In this document: in pieces, positions 7,399-15,515 of the stretch
How positions within the stretch are numbered: the first letter of the stretch is position 1
How the letters are laid out: each line of letters begins with the position of its first letter
From: Wansuia hejianensis
GTDB lineage: Bacteria; Bacillota; Clostridia; Lachnospirales; Lachnospiraceae
Assembly: GCF_014337215.1 (NCBI RefSeq)
Contig: NZ_CP060635.1
Location: forward strand, 2,220,257-2,250,256
DNA: 30,000 nucleotides
Direction of reading: 5' to 3'
Program-made: the position numbers and the translations under genes
Notes under the pieces: generated by a model
Told to the model about the DNA's origin: nothing
Databases searched by the model: none
Seen by the model: only the letters and a program-made list of their open reading frames with translations

Positions 7399-9153
7399 TT
7401 ATTTATTTTTCCGTTCTCCAGCCACAGTGACTTCTGCCTCTGTATCTGCCAGGGCGGCGGCTCCTTCTTCTCCTGTCCTGATCTTTACAGCATTCCTCAC
7501 GTTATAAATGAATATTTTTCCATCTCCAAATTTTCCGGTATGCAGCACATCTTCTGCAGCCGCTATTACATTGCTGACAGGCACGGTGCTGACAATGACC
7601 TCTACCTTCACTTTAGGCAGCAGGTTCATCTCTACTTCGGCACCCCGATAGTATTTTGCGGCACCCTTCTGCACGCCGCAGCCCAGCACATTTGTGATAG
7701 TGACACCTGTCACGCCAATCTTATTCATGGCCTCCAGCAAACGATCCAGCTTATTCTGCCTGGTGACAATCACTACCTTAGACAGCGGCGCAGCTTCCAC
7801 CTCTTCGGACACTCCTGATCCGGCATGGGATACATCAGGCACAGCCCCGGCTGCCGCCGGCGCCTCCTCCGAAGAGGGGATTATCCTGCCGCCTGCTCCG
7901 TCTCCGCTCATAAAATCTGCATAGCTGCTCACCAGGTTATGCTCATGGATATCCAGACCGTCAATCTCCTCTTCTTCGGTGACCCGAAGCCCGATCGTGT
8001 GTTTAATGACCTGGAACACTAAAAACATTGCCGCCGCCACATAAGCAATCACCGTCACCACACCCAGCAGCTGCACTCCCAGGAAATGGACGCCCCCTCC
8101 GTAGAACAGCCCCGCTTCCGTAGTGGAGCCGTCTGCAAACAGGCCGGTCAGAATTGTTCCCAGGGCACCGCAGCCGCCATGTACCGCAACCGCCCCCACA
8201 GGATCGTCAACCTTCAACACTTTATCAACAAATTCCACGATCAACACTACCGCAAATCCTGCCGCAATTCCTATGACTGCCGCGCCCACCGGCGTTACCG
8301 CGTCGCAGCCCGCGGTTATGGCTACCAGGCCCGCCAGCGAGCCGTTCAGTGACATGGAAACATCCGGTTTCTTGTACCGTACCCAGGTAAACAGCATCAC
8401 TACGACTGTAGCTACCGCAGCCGCCAAATTCGTATTGACAAATACCTTGCCCGCCAGATTAATCATGGTATCATCCCCCATACTGACGGTGGACGCCCCG
8501 TTGAACCCAAACCAGCAGAACCACAAAATGAACACGCCCAAAGCCGCCAGTGTCAGGCTGTGGCCCGGGATCGCCTTCGGTTTTCCATCTTTGCCGTATT
8601 TACCGATCCGGGGACCCAGGATCGACGCACCCACAAGAGCCGCAACGCCGCCTACCATGTGGACGGCAGTGGAACCCGCAAAATCATGAAAACCCATCTG
8701 GGCGAGCCACCCGCCGCCCCAGATCCAGTGGCCTGAAATCGGATAGATGACCAGACTGATCACTGCACTGTAAATACAATACGCCGAGAATTTTGTCCGC
8801 TCCGCCATGGCCCCGGAGACGATGGTTGCCGATGTTGCGCAGAATACAGTCTGAAAAATCAGGAACGCCCAGAACGGCACGCCTTCGGGAAGCATCCCCG
8901 CCCCATAATTTGCTTCTGAGGCAATTCCTCCAATATTTCCAATAATCCCACTGCCCGCTCCAAACATCAGGCCAAAGCCCACCAGCCAGAATACAGGAGT
9001 ACCTATACAAAAGTCCATCAGGTTTTTCATGATAATATTCCCGGCATTTTTTGCTCTCGTCAGCCCTGTTTCGACCATTGCAAAACCTGCCTGCATAAAA
9101 AATACCAGCGCGGCCCCTACCAGGACCCATATTGTGTTCACTGCGCTAAACAT
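7399..9153 (-). CDS. amt: Ammonium transporter (Amt) fused to a C-terminal P-II (GlnB/GlnK) domain
   Basis: The Amt core reads MFSAVNTIWVLVGAALVFFMQAGFAMVETG...FDFAGSTAVHMVGG...DDPVGAVAVHGGCGALG. An Ala/Ser/Glu-rich linker follows. The P-II domain (KVVIVTRQNKLDRLLEAMNKIGVTGVTITNVLGCGVQKGAAKYYRGAEVEMNLLPKVKVEVIV...DGKIFIYNV) includes a T-loop-like segment. I placed the start at the ATG at 9153 because GAAGGAGGG lies 7 nt upstream; the ORF-track start at 9171 sits on that SD. Confidence 0.9.
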   Translation of the reverse strand: MFSAVNTIWVLVGAALVFFMQAGFAMVETGLTRAKNAGNIIMKNLMDFCIGTPVFWLVGFGLMFGAGSGIIGNIGGIASEANYGAGMLPEGVPFWAFLIFQTVFCATSATIVSGAMAERTKFSAYCIYSAVISLVIYPISGHWIWGGGWLAQMGFHDFAGSTAVHMVGGVAALVGASILGPRIGKYGKDGKPKAIPGHSLTLAALGVFILWFCWFGFNGASTVSMGDDTMINLAGKVFVNTNLAAAVATVVVMLFTWVRYKKPDVSMSLNGSLAGLVAITAGCDAVTPVGAAVIGIAAGFAVVLIVEFVDKVLKVDDPVGAVAVHGGCGALGTILTGLFADGSTTEAGLFYGGGVHFLGVQLLGVVTVIAYVAAAMFLVFQVIKHTIGLRVTEEEEIDGLDIHEHNLVSSYADFMSGDGAGGRIIPSSEEAPAAAGAVPDVSHAGSGVSEEVEAAPLSKVVIVTRQNKLDRLLEAMNKIGVTGVTITNVLGCGVQKGAAKYYRGAEVEMNLLPKVKVEVIVSTVPVSNVIAAAEDVLHTGKFGDGKIFIYNVRNAVKIRTGEEGAAALADTEAEVTVAGERKNK

Positions 9154-9213
9154 ACATTTTCCCTCCTTCATATTCGTTTGGTATCGTCATACCGTCCTGC
9201 ATAACATGTTATG

Positions 9214-9290
9214 GAGAAAACAGGCAGAGGCCAATCCGGTATCTCCGGAATCCCGGTAAATGTAGCATTTCCGCCAGGCCGGTCTGCCTC
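9214..9290 (-). promoter_or_regulatory. Structured leader element (terminator-like long stem) upstream of the amt-PII gene
   Basis: On the minus strand, AGGCAGA-CC-GGCC (9289-9277) pairs with GGCC-TCTGCCT (9232-9222), and GTTTTCTC follows. The enclosed 44 nt contains three CCGG blocks that can pair in alternative ways. A 14-bp perfect palindrome, CATAACATGTTATG, follows at 9200-9213. Confidence 0.3.
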
Positions 9291-9300
9291 ATACATATTA

Positions 9301-9336
9301 AAAAGACGCTGTGGATAAAATCCATAGCGTCTTTGC
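9301..9336 (-). terminator. Rho-independent terminator (ABC importer operon end and/or attenuator in the amt leader)
   Basis: Minus strand reads AAAGACGCTATGGAT-TTT-ATCCACAGCGTCTTT, followed by TT. The stem is 12 bp (one G-U) or 15 bp with the flanking A/T pairs. It lies 170 nt after the ABC ATPase stop, beyond an AT-rich tract. Confidence 0.6.
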
Positions 9337-9507
9337 TAAAATGATGGGTAAAGGATAGCACACAGAAAACCAGCTGTCAATCTATTCGTCCTTTAATTCT
9401 AAATGTTTTATAGATATTATAAAAAATCCGTGAAATATGAATTATTTCTGTGAATATTTTATATAACGAAAATATTTTTACTGTTCTCTGTAATTTTCAT
9501 TAAAATT

Positions 9508-10770
9508 TCATATTCCTTCCTCATGCATTTTTTCCAAGCTTTTCAGGAACTCATCATGGTCGCCAAAATATACAATATTTTTCTTAACGCCTATTTCTTC
9601 CAGCCTGCGCACCAGCTTTCCCCCGGTGTAATCATTGCTCAGTGCATTTTTATGAAAGAATATCTGTCCCCTCCTGCTCTCCAGCCCTTCCAGGTTCTTC
9701 AGATTGCTTTCCCCAAAAGGCACGTCCGAGATCAGTATCACATCCGCATCCTCCATCAGCTTCAGGTTCCGCTTCTGGTCTTCCTCTGTCACTGGCGTGA
9801 ACGGGTCGATTTCCACCCGTTCCAGATCGAGAAAATGGCAGATATCCCAGTCGTCGCTGCCCACATTCACCACGCCTGCAGTCACCCGGTATCCTCTGGC
9901 ATCCAGTTCTTCCATGATTTTGGCAGCGCCGCTGGCGCCGCAGATCACATGGATATGGAACGGATTCCCCACCTGCTCTTCGCCCATCACCCGGATCGGC
10001 ACGATTTCTGGCTTATGAAACAGCGGGTTTTCACGAACCATGAGCTTCATAGCATAAAGCTCCTCCATATTTTTCCGGTTCACCACCTCTTCCGGCGTAC
10101 CGTCAGCGGTCACCGTTCCATCCCGCAGCATGACGATCCTCCGGCAGAAACGGGCCGCCATGTTGATATCGTGCAGAACGGCCAGCACCGTCATATGTTC
10201 CTCCCGGTTCAGGCGGGCGATCAGCTCCATCACTTCAATCTGATGATGGATGTCCAGGGCGGAAGTCGGTTCGTCCAGCAGGATCACACGGGGCTGCTGC
10301 GCAATCGCGCGGGCCAGAATCACTCTCTGGCGCTCTCCCCCGCTCAGCTCATTATATAATCTGCCCCGGAATATTTCTGTGTTCGTGGCTTCCATGGCAT
10401 TTTTAACGATCTCAAAATCCCTCTCATCCTCCCGCTTTCCGAAGCCCAGATAGGGATTTCTCCCCATCATGACAATATCCTCCACAGTGAAATCGTAATC
10501 CACGTGGTAAGACTGCGGCACCACGGCCACCAGCCTGGCCCTTTCACGGCTTTTTAACAGAGATTGTTCTCTTCCGCAGATAGTAATCTCGCCCTTCGTC
10601 AGCGGGAGAAGGCCGGAAATACATTTAATCAGCGTGGATTTCCCGGTCCCGTTGGAACCTATCAGCCCGACAAAATCCCCCTCTTCCACCGACAGGGTCA
10701 CATCATGGAGAATCTCCCGGTCCCTGTATCCGGCAGCCACATGGGAAAATTTCAGCATCTCTGCATTCAT
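9508..10770 (-). CDS. Iron-siderophore/cobalamin-type ABC transporter ATP-binding protein (FepC/BtuD-like) with an extra ~150-aa C-terminal domain
   Basis: Contains Walker A GSNGTGKST, signature LSGGERQRVILARAI and Walker B ILLDEPTSALD. The ORF is 420 aa, against ~260 aa for typical family members. Its ATG forms an ATGA overlap with the permease stop. Confidence 0.88.
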   Translation of the reverse strand: MNAEMLKFSHVAAGYRDREILHDVTLSVEEGDFVGLIGSNGTGKSTLIKCISGLLPLTKGEITICGREQSLLKSRERARLVAVVPQSYHVDYDFTVEDIVMMGRNPYLGFGKREDERDFEIVKNAMEATNTEIFRGRLYNELSGGERQRVILARAIAQQPRVILLDEPTSALDIHHQIEVMELIARLNREEHMTVLAVLHDINMAARFCRRIVMLRDGTVTADGTPEEVVNRKNMEELYAMKLMVRENPLFHKPEIVPIRVMGEEQVGNPFHIHVICGASGAAKIMEELDARGYRVTAGVVNVGSDDWDICHFLDLERVEIDPFTPVTEEDQKRNLKLMEDADVILISDVPFGESNLKNLEGLESRRGQIFFHKNALSNDYTGGKLVRRLEEIGVKKNIVYFGDHDEFLKSLEKMHEEGI

Positions 10771-11804
10771 AGAGAACTCCCTCCCTTCCGCGCCTTGCGC
10801 AGCAGGTATAGGAAAAAAGGACCGCCGCAGACCGCGGTGATGATCCCTACCGGTATTTCCTGGGTGGCGACACTCCGGGATACCGTATCACATATGATCA
10901 AAAAGGTGCCTCCCATAACCAGCGAAAGAGGCATCAGGCGCCTGTGCTTCGGCCCTGTGAGAATTCTCACCACATGGGGCACCACCAGGCCCACGAAGCC
11001 GATTATGCCTGTCACGGATATAATTGCTGCCGTTATAATACTGGAAGCAAAAAGAACCTTCTTTTTCAGGAATTCCACATTGACTCCTAGCTGGACAGCA
11101 GTATCTTCTCCCGTCAGCATGATATCCAACTCCCGGCAGGAGGTAAACAAAAGGAGTAATCCTGCCGCCACGTAGGGAAGCACAGTCAGAATCTGATTCC
11201 AGCCCTTTCCATTCAAACTTCCCATGGTCCAGAACATGATCTGGTCCATACTCTGTTTATTGAATATCATAACAAGAGAAATCACCGCCGTCAGCGTCTG
11301 GTTCACCGCAATCCCCGACAGCAGCAGAGTAGCCACGGGAACTCTCTTTCCTACCCGGGAAATACTGTAAACCAGGGCGATAGACAAGAACGCGCCCATG
11401 AAAGCCAACAGCGTAGTTCCGTTCAGCCCCAAAAACCCGCCGGTAAAATGCAGCACAATGCCGACGGACGCCCCGAGCGCCGCTCCCGATGAAACCCCCA
11501 GCACAAACGGGTCAGCCATGGGATTTTTAAAAATCCCCTGAAACCCCGCGCCGCATACAGCCAGGGACGCCCCGGCCAGAAAGCCCAGAATCACCCTGGG
11601 CAGGCGCACATTCCAGATAATTGATATACTTCCCTGGCTGATTCCCTCCATGTCCACATTCATATGAAACAGTTCATGCAGCAAAATTCGGTTGGCATCC
11701 TCGAAAGAAATCGAGGCAGCCCCGATCACTGTGCAGATATAAATGATAATCACACACAGAATGACCGCCAATACGATTGCCAGTTTTTTCCGTTTGATCT
11801 TCAT
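10767..11804 (-). CDS. FecCD/BtuC-family ABC transporter permease
   Basis: A polytopic membrane ORF containing RLPRVILGFLAGASLAVCGAGFQGIFKNPMADPFVLGVSSGAALGA and TGEDTAVQLGVNV. The start is set at the ATG at 11804 (MKIKRKK...), which has GAGGAAAG upstream. The ORF-track start at 11828 is a TTG. Confidence 0.88.
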   Translation of the reverse strand: MKIKRKKLAIVLAVILCVIIIYICTVIGAASISFEDANRILLHELFHMNVDMEGISQGSISIIWNVRLPRVILGFLAGASLAVCGAGFQGIFKNPMADPFVLGVSSGAALGASVGIVLHFTGGFLGLNGTTLLAFMGAFLSIALVYSISRVGKRVPVATLLLSGIAVNQTLTAVISLVMIFNKQSMDQIMFWTMGSLNGKGWNQILTVLPYVAAGLLLLFTSCRELDIMLTGEDTAVQLGVNVEFLKKKVLFASSIITAAIISVTGIIGFVGLVVPHVVRILTGPKHRRLMPLSLVMGGTFLIICDTVSRSVATQEIPVGIITAVCGGPFFLYLLRKARKGGSSL

Positions 11805-11835
11805 AACGCTTTCCTCTGATGTAATCAAATACTTA

Positions 11836-12867
11836 TCAGGAAAACAAATCCGGATAGATTTTTTCCGCCAACAGCTTTGTTCCCTCTACAATTCTGGGGC
11901 CTGCCCGCTGGATCATATCCGCCTCCGGCGACAGACCTTCAAAATAAATGATGTTGCCATTTTTGATGCACTCCAGGTCGTTAAGCCCTGACGTCTGCTT
12001 TAGCTCCTCCGGCGATGTGAACAGCGAAATATAAATATCCGGATCGCTCTCTATGATTTTTTCAAGTGAAAGCTGCGGCCATGTCTCGCCCGTATCCTCA
12101 GCGATATTCCGGACGCTGAGATCATTCAGCATATTGCCCAGCAGAGATCCTGTCCCGGCACTGTAATAAGAACCCAGATCGATAAATGCAGATTTCTCTG
12201 CGCCGCCTTCCGCAATTACATCCTTGAGTTCTTCCAGCTCCGCCGTCATGGATTCTGTCAGTTCCTGAGCTTTTTCATTCAGATTCAGAATCTGCCCGGC
12301 TGTTTCTATGTTCTTCTCCACACTCTTCACATCATTGGCCGAGAAGACAACCACCTTTGCACCTGCTTCTTCTACCTGGTCTCTGACAGCGTCGTCAATA
12401 TAATCGGACGCGAATACCACATCCGGCGACAGAGATATAATCAGCTCAGTATTGGGCGCAGTATAGGTCCCCACCGATTCTACCTCAGCCGCTTCCTCAG
12501 GATAGCTGCAGTAATCAGTCCTGCCCACAATCCTCTCTCCCGCGCCCAGGGCAAACAGCGTCTCCGTATTGGCAGGAGACAGGGAAACTACCCGTTCCGG
12601 CTCTTCCTCAATAATTACCTCATTGCCCAGGTCATCCTCCACCGTCAGAGGATAGACGGTTGTGCCCTTCTCATCTCCTTCAGCGTTATCAGAGCTGCCG
12701 GAACTGGACGCAGAATTGCTGCCGGCATTTTCAGAACCTGCTGATACTGTATTCTCTCCCTCTTCACCACTGTTGCTGCTGCTCTTCCCGCTTCCGCATC
12801 CCGCAGCCAGAACTGCAGTTACAGACAGGATTCCTGCCAGCAGTAAATTTACGATCCGTTTCTTCAT
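11836..12867 (-). CDS. ABC transporter periplasmic-binding lipoprotein (BtuF/FhuD class)
   Basis: The ATG at 12867 has GGAGGAG upstream. The signal peptide and lipobox read MKKRIVNLLLAGILSVTAVLAAGC. A Ser/Gly/Asn-rich tether follows, then ERVVSLSPANTETLFALGAGERIVGRTDYC, which is typical of this class. Confidence 0.85.
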   Translation of the reverse strand: MKKRIVNLLLAGILSVTAVLAAGCGSGKSSSNSGEEGENTVSAGSENAGSNSASSSGSSDNAEGDEKGTTVYPLTVEDDLGNEVIIEEEPERVVSLSPANTETLFALGAGERIVGRTDYCSYPEEAAEVESVGTYTAPNTELIISLSPDVVFASDYIDDAVRDQVEEAGAKVVVFSANDVKSVEKNIETAGQILNLNEKAQELTESMTAELEELKDVIAEGGAEKSAFIDLGSYYSAGTGSLLGNMLNDLSVRNIAEDTGETWPQLSLEKIIESDPDIYISLFTSPEELKQTSGLNDLECIKNGNIIYFEGLSPEADMIQRAGPRIVEGTKLLAEKIYPDLFS

Positions 12868-12908
12868 TTTTCTCCTCCGTATCTTACCTGTCATTCCATT
12901 TTCTAAAC

Positions 12909-12954
12909 AGCGCCTGCAAATGGGAACACAGCCTGTTTCCCATTCACAGGCGCT
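12909..12954 (-). terminator. Long hairpin after sigE (terminator and/or 5'-UTR hairpin of the ABC importer operon)
   Basis: Minus strand reads AGCGCCTG-TG-AATGGGAA-cag.gctgtg-TTCCCATT-TG-CAGGCGCT, then GTTTAG. The U-tract is weak. Confidence 0.4.
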
Positions 12955-12962
12955 ACGCTGTA

Positions 12963-12991
12963 AACATATCATATTATGAAAGCTTTGTCAA
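12963..12991 (-). promoter_or_regulatory. Possible sigma-A promoter for the ABC importer operon
   Basis: Minus strand has TTGACA (12991-12986), a 17-nt spacer, then TATGTT (12968-12963). It lies just after the sigE stop. Confidence 0.3.
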
Positions 12992-12998
12992 AACTGTG

Positions 12999-13739
12999 CT
13001 ATTCATAACGCACAATTTCCTTTTTCAGCCGCTTCATGATCCGTTTTTCCAGGCGGGAAATATAAGACTGAGAGATACCCAGCAGATCGGCTACCTCTTT
13101 CTGTGTCTTTTCACCGCCTTCCGGCATGTTAATTCCAAAGCGGAGCTTAACAATCGTCTGTTCCCTGTCGGAAAGCTTGCCGATCGCTTTGCCCAGAAGG
13201 CTTTTTTCCACCTCATCCTCCAGCCCTTTGTAGATGACATCCTCGTCCGTTCCCAGAATGTCAGACAACAGGAGTTCATTTCCATCCCAGTCTACATTCA
13301 GCGGTTCATCAATGGACACCTCCATTCTCGTCTTGCTGTTCCTGCGCAGATACATGAGTATTTCATTTTCAATGCACCGGGAAGCGTAGGTGGCCAGCTT
13401 GATCTTTTTCTCCGGATTAAAAGTATTGATGGCTTTAATCAGCCCTATGGTACCGATGGAGATCAGATCCTCCACCCCTACTCCCGTATTGTCAAATTTC
13501 TGGGCGATATAGACGACCAGCCGCAGATTATGTTCAATTAAATCAGACCGGGCTTCTGTGTTTTCCGGATCCGCAAGACCTGCGATCGCTTCCGCTTCCG
13601 CGTCCGGGGAGAGAGGCGACGGCAATACATCCGTCCCGCCTATATAGTACAGCTCCCCGGTCTTACCAAAAACAACCGGGGAAAACCTTGGTAACATGCG
13701 CAGCCGAAATCGGTTCGGCAGTGCAGCGTGCATAATCAT
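12999..13739 (-). CDS. sigE: Sporulation sigma factor SigE (pro-sigma-E)
   Basis: 246 aa. [16 protein letters not shown]...[67 protein letters not shown]...[16 protein letters not shown]...[23 protein letters not shown] is almost collinear with B. subtilis SigE, including the pro-sequence region. SD AGGAGG overlaps the spoIIGA stop. Confidence 0.95.
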   Translation of the reverse strand: MIMHAALPNRFRLRMLPRFSPVVFGKTGELYYIGGTDVLPSPLSPDAEAEAIAGLADPENTEARSDLIEHNLRLVVYIAQKFDNTGVGVEDLISIGTIGLIKAINTFNPEKKIKLATYASRCIENEILMYLRRNSKTRMEVSIDEPLNVDWDGNELLLSDILGTDEDVIYKGLEDEVEKSLLGKAIGKLSDREQTIVKLRFGINMPEGGEKTQKEVADLLGISQSYISRLEKRIMKRLKKEIVRYE

Positions 13740-13751
13740 GATGCATTCCTC

Positions 13752-14609
13752 CTAACTGTTTATCAGATTTGGATTCAAAATCATCTGATAGCTCCGGGGA
13801 GAAGAACTACGCTCTCTGTCGATGGCAATCACCGGATGGGTGACTACCCTGCTTGTATTTCCATTTTCCAGATATATATAATCTAAAATGACAGCCGGAA
13901 GGAAACCTCCCTGGCATCCAACGCTCTGGAACGGAATATAATGGGGATGTATCTCGGCCAGCTCTCCTGGCAGCTCACCCAGCTGGCATGTGCAAAATGC
14001 CTCCAGTTCCTTCTGCATTTCCAAGGAAAATAATTCTTTTATCAGAGAATAGCTGATTACGGAAACCGGCTTGCGGCAAGTGGCATCCCATAGCCCGTTT
14101 CCCGTATCATAAAGTCCTTTTACCTCTTTACAGGCACCCTTTTGGTACAGCACAACTCTCCAGATCGTGGCAGCTTTCTTCTTCAGCACCTCAAACAGCC
14201 ATAGAAAAAATGTGACCAGAGCATAGGCCGCCGTACCCCACAGCACAAAACCTTTCATCTCCACCGTGCCGGTGAACCGGAGAAGAAGCCTCCATACGGC
14301 CCCGCACAGGATCGCTGAAAGATACAGGCACAGTAATCCCTGTAAAAAACGCTTTTTATCTTTGATTTTGCAGCCAAACCTTACCATGAATGTAGTAACA
14401 GCCACAGAAACCAGTATGGTATTCAGTAGGAGATATTTTCTTAAGAAAATGATACTGATACAGGCCAGTCCAGACCCGATCGCAGCGGCTGCCAGGCTTC
14501 TCAAATGTGTGGCAGAACATTTCATAAGCCTGTTAACCAGCCGCAAAAGGAAATAATCCATAATCAGATTTTCCATGAAGAATACATCGATGTAAAGCTC
14601 ATAGTGCAT
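13752..14609 (-). CDS. spoIIGA: Sigma-E processing peptidase SpoIIGA
   Basis: A polytopic N-terminal half is followed by GLYDTGNGLWD, an aspartic-protease-like DTGN motif. The gene lies immediately upstream of sigE. The start is set at the ATG at 14609 (MHYELYIDVFF...), with GGGGG 6 nt upstream. The ORF-track start at 14636 is a GTG with no SD. Confidence 0.85.
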   Translation of the reverse strand: MHYELYIDVFFMENLIMDYFLLRLVNRLMKCSATHLRSLAAAAIGSGLACISIIFLRKYLLLNTILVSVAVTTFMVRFGCKIKDKKRFLQGLLCLYLSAILCGAVWRLLLRFTGTVEMKGFVLWGTAAYALVTFFLWLFEVLKKKAATIWRVVLYQKGACKEVKGLYDTGNGLWDATCRKPVSVISYSLIKELFSLEMQKELEAFCTCQLGELPGELAEIHPHYIPFQSVGCQGGFLPAVILDYIYLENGNTSRVVTHPVIAIDRERSSSPRSYQMILNPNLINS

Positions 14610-14657
14610 GAAATACCCCCTGTATCCTATGAACACTTACTGGAATAAGCAAGTTTC

Positions 14658-14723
14658 ATTATAGGTTACAGGGGGTATTTATTTTGTCAAAACCCGTGTG
14701 TCGAAAGAAAGAGAGTTTCGACA
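14658..14723 (-). promoter_or_regulatory. spoIIG-type promoter: two Spo0A boxes plus -35/-10 elements with a 21-nt spacer
   Basis: Minus strand reads TGTCGAA (14723-14717), 11 nt, TTCGACA (14705-14699), 8 nt, TTGACA (14690-14685), 21 nt, TATAAT (14663-14658). The 0A-box consensus is TGTCGAA. B. subtilis spoIIG is known for an over-long 22-bp spacer that requires Spo0A~P. Confidence 0.6.
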
Positions 14724-14739
14724 GGTTGGGACAGAAGTT

Positions 14740-15495
14740 TTACAGCAATTCCAGCATCCGGCGGAGCTCAGCCACAGGCAGCTGACCCGGCGCCGAAACG
14801 TTTCCCGCGGCCCCGAACGTCAGGGCTGAACCGGTCAGACGGCCGCTGGCTCTGGAGATACCGCCCAGGCTCCCCATGGACATGGAGATCAGCGGATTGG
14901 GCAGCCTCCGGTCCATCTCCAGCGTCACACTCAAAAGCTCCAGCACGTCCTCCCGGCTCTCCGGCATGACGGCAACTTTCAAAATCTCCGCTCCCGTGTC
15001 GCGAAGCTCTTCAAATACAGAGACAAGCTCCGGCCTCCCCGGCGTTCTGTCAAAAAAATGGCTGGAAGCCACCACCGGTTTCCCCATCCTGTGAACAGCC
15101 TCTGTCAGCCTGTCAGCCTGAAGCTCCGGCCATCTCCCCTCCACATCAACTAAATCCGTCTCCGCCCGGGACGCCGCCCAGAGATTCAGTTCCCTGTACT
15201 CTTCCGGCGAAATTTCCCGATTTCCGCCTTCTCGGCCCGTCCTGAAAGTGAAAAGAATCGGAATCTGTCCCAAAATCTCAGATAATGCGCTCAAAACTCC
15301 GGCGGCTTTCCCGTAATCCGTAATTCCGCCATAAAAATCAGCTCTCCATTCCACCAGGTCCGGCTCCGCACCGGCAGCCACGCGGGCCTGTTCCAGTATC
15401 TCCCCCTCCGTCCCTCCCAGGACCGGCACACAGATTTTGGGGAATCCATCGCCCAGGGTTATGTTTTTTAATTGAACCGTATGTTTTACCGTCAT
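14740..15495 (-). CDS. aroD: 3-dehydroquinate dehydratase, type I
   Basis: 251 aa. The sequence PKICVPV...DLVEWRADFY...PILFTFRTGREGG...VDVE...VVASSHFFDRTP...AEILKVAVMP...ISMSMGSLGGISR matches type I DHQase hallmarks, including the Schiff-base Lys in ILKVAVM. Confidence 0.88.
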   Translation of the reverse strand: MTVKHTVQLKNITLGDGFPKICVPVLGGTEGEILEQARVAAGAEPDLVEWRADFYGGITDYGKAAGVLSALSEILGQIPILFTFRTGREGGNREISPEEYRELNLWAASRAETDLVDVEGRWPELQADRLTEAVHRMGKPVVASSHFFDRTPGRPELVSVFEELRDTGAEILKVAVMPESREDVLELLSVTLEMDRRLPNPLISMSMGSLGGISRASGRLTGSALTFGAAGNVSAPGQLPVAELRRMLELL

Positions 15496-15515
15496 GTGCC
15501 GCTCTCCTATACATG

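Noticed and set aside
9172-9300. ANTAR dual-hexaloop target or GlnR/TnrA box (TGTNA-N7-TNACA) in the amt leader
   Set aside because: The candidate hairpins have 4-5-nt loops without the conserved A1/G4 pattern. No 17-bp TnrA-type site was found. The TAACATGTTA palindrome has the half-sites in the wrong arrangement.
12868-12998. Cobalamin riboswitch upstream of the BtuF/FecCD-type importer
   Set aside because: Only ~130 nt is available. It contains one long simple hairpin and has neither a B12 box (GCCACTG-like) nor the GGGAA/GGTG core.
14699-14723. The inverted pair of 0A boxes acting as a terminator hairpin for aroD
   Set aside because: It has only an 8-bp A/T-rich stem and a 9-nt loop, and the U-run begins 6 nt away. 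It is more convincingly a Spo0A binding site pair, given the adjacent -35/-10 geometry.
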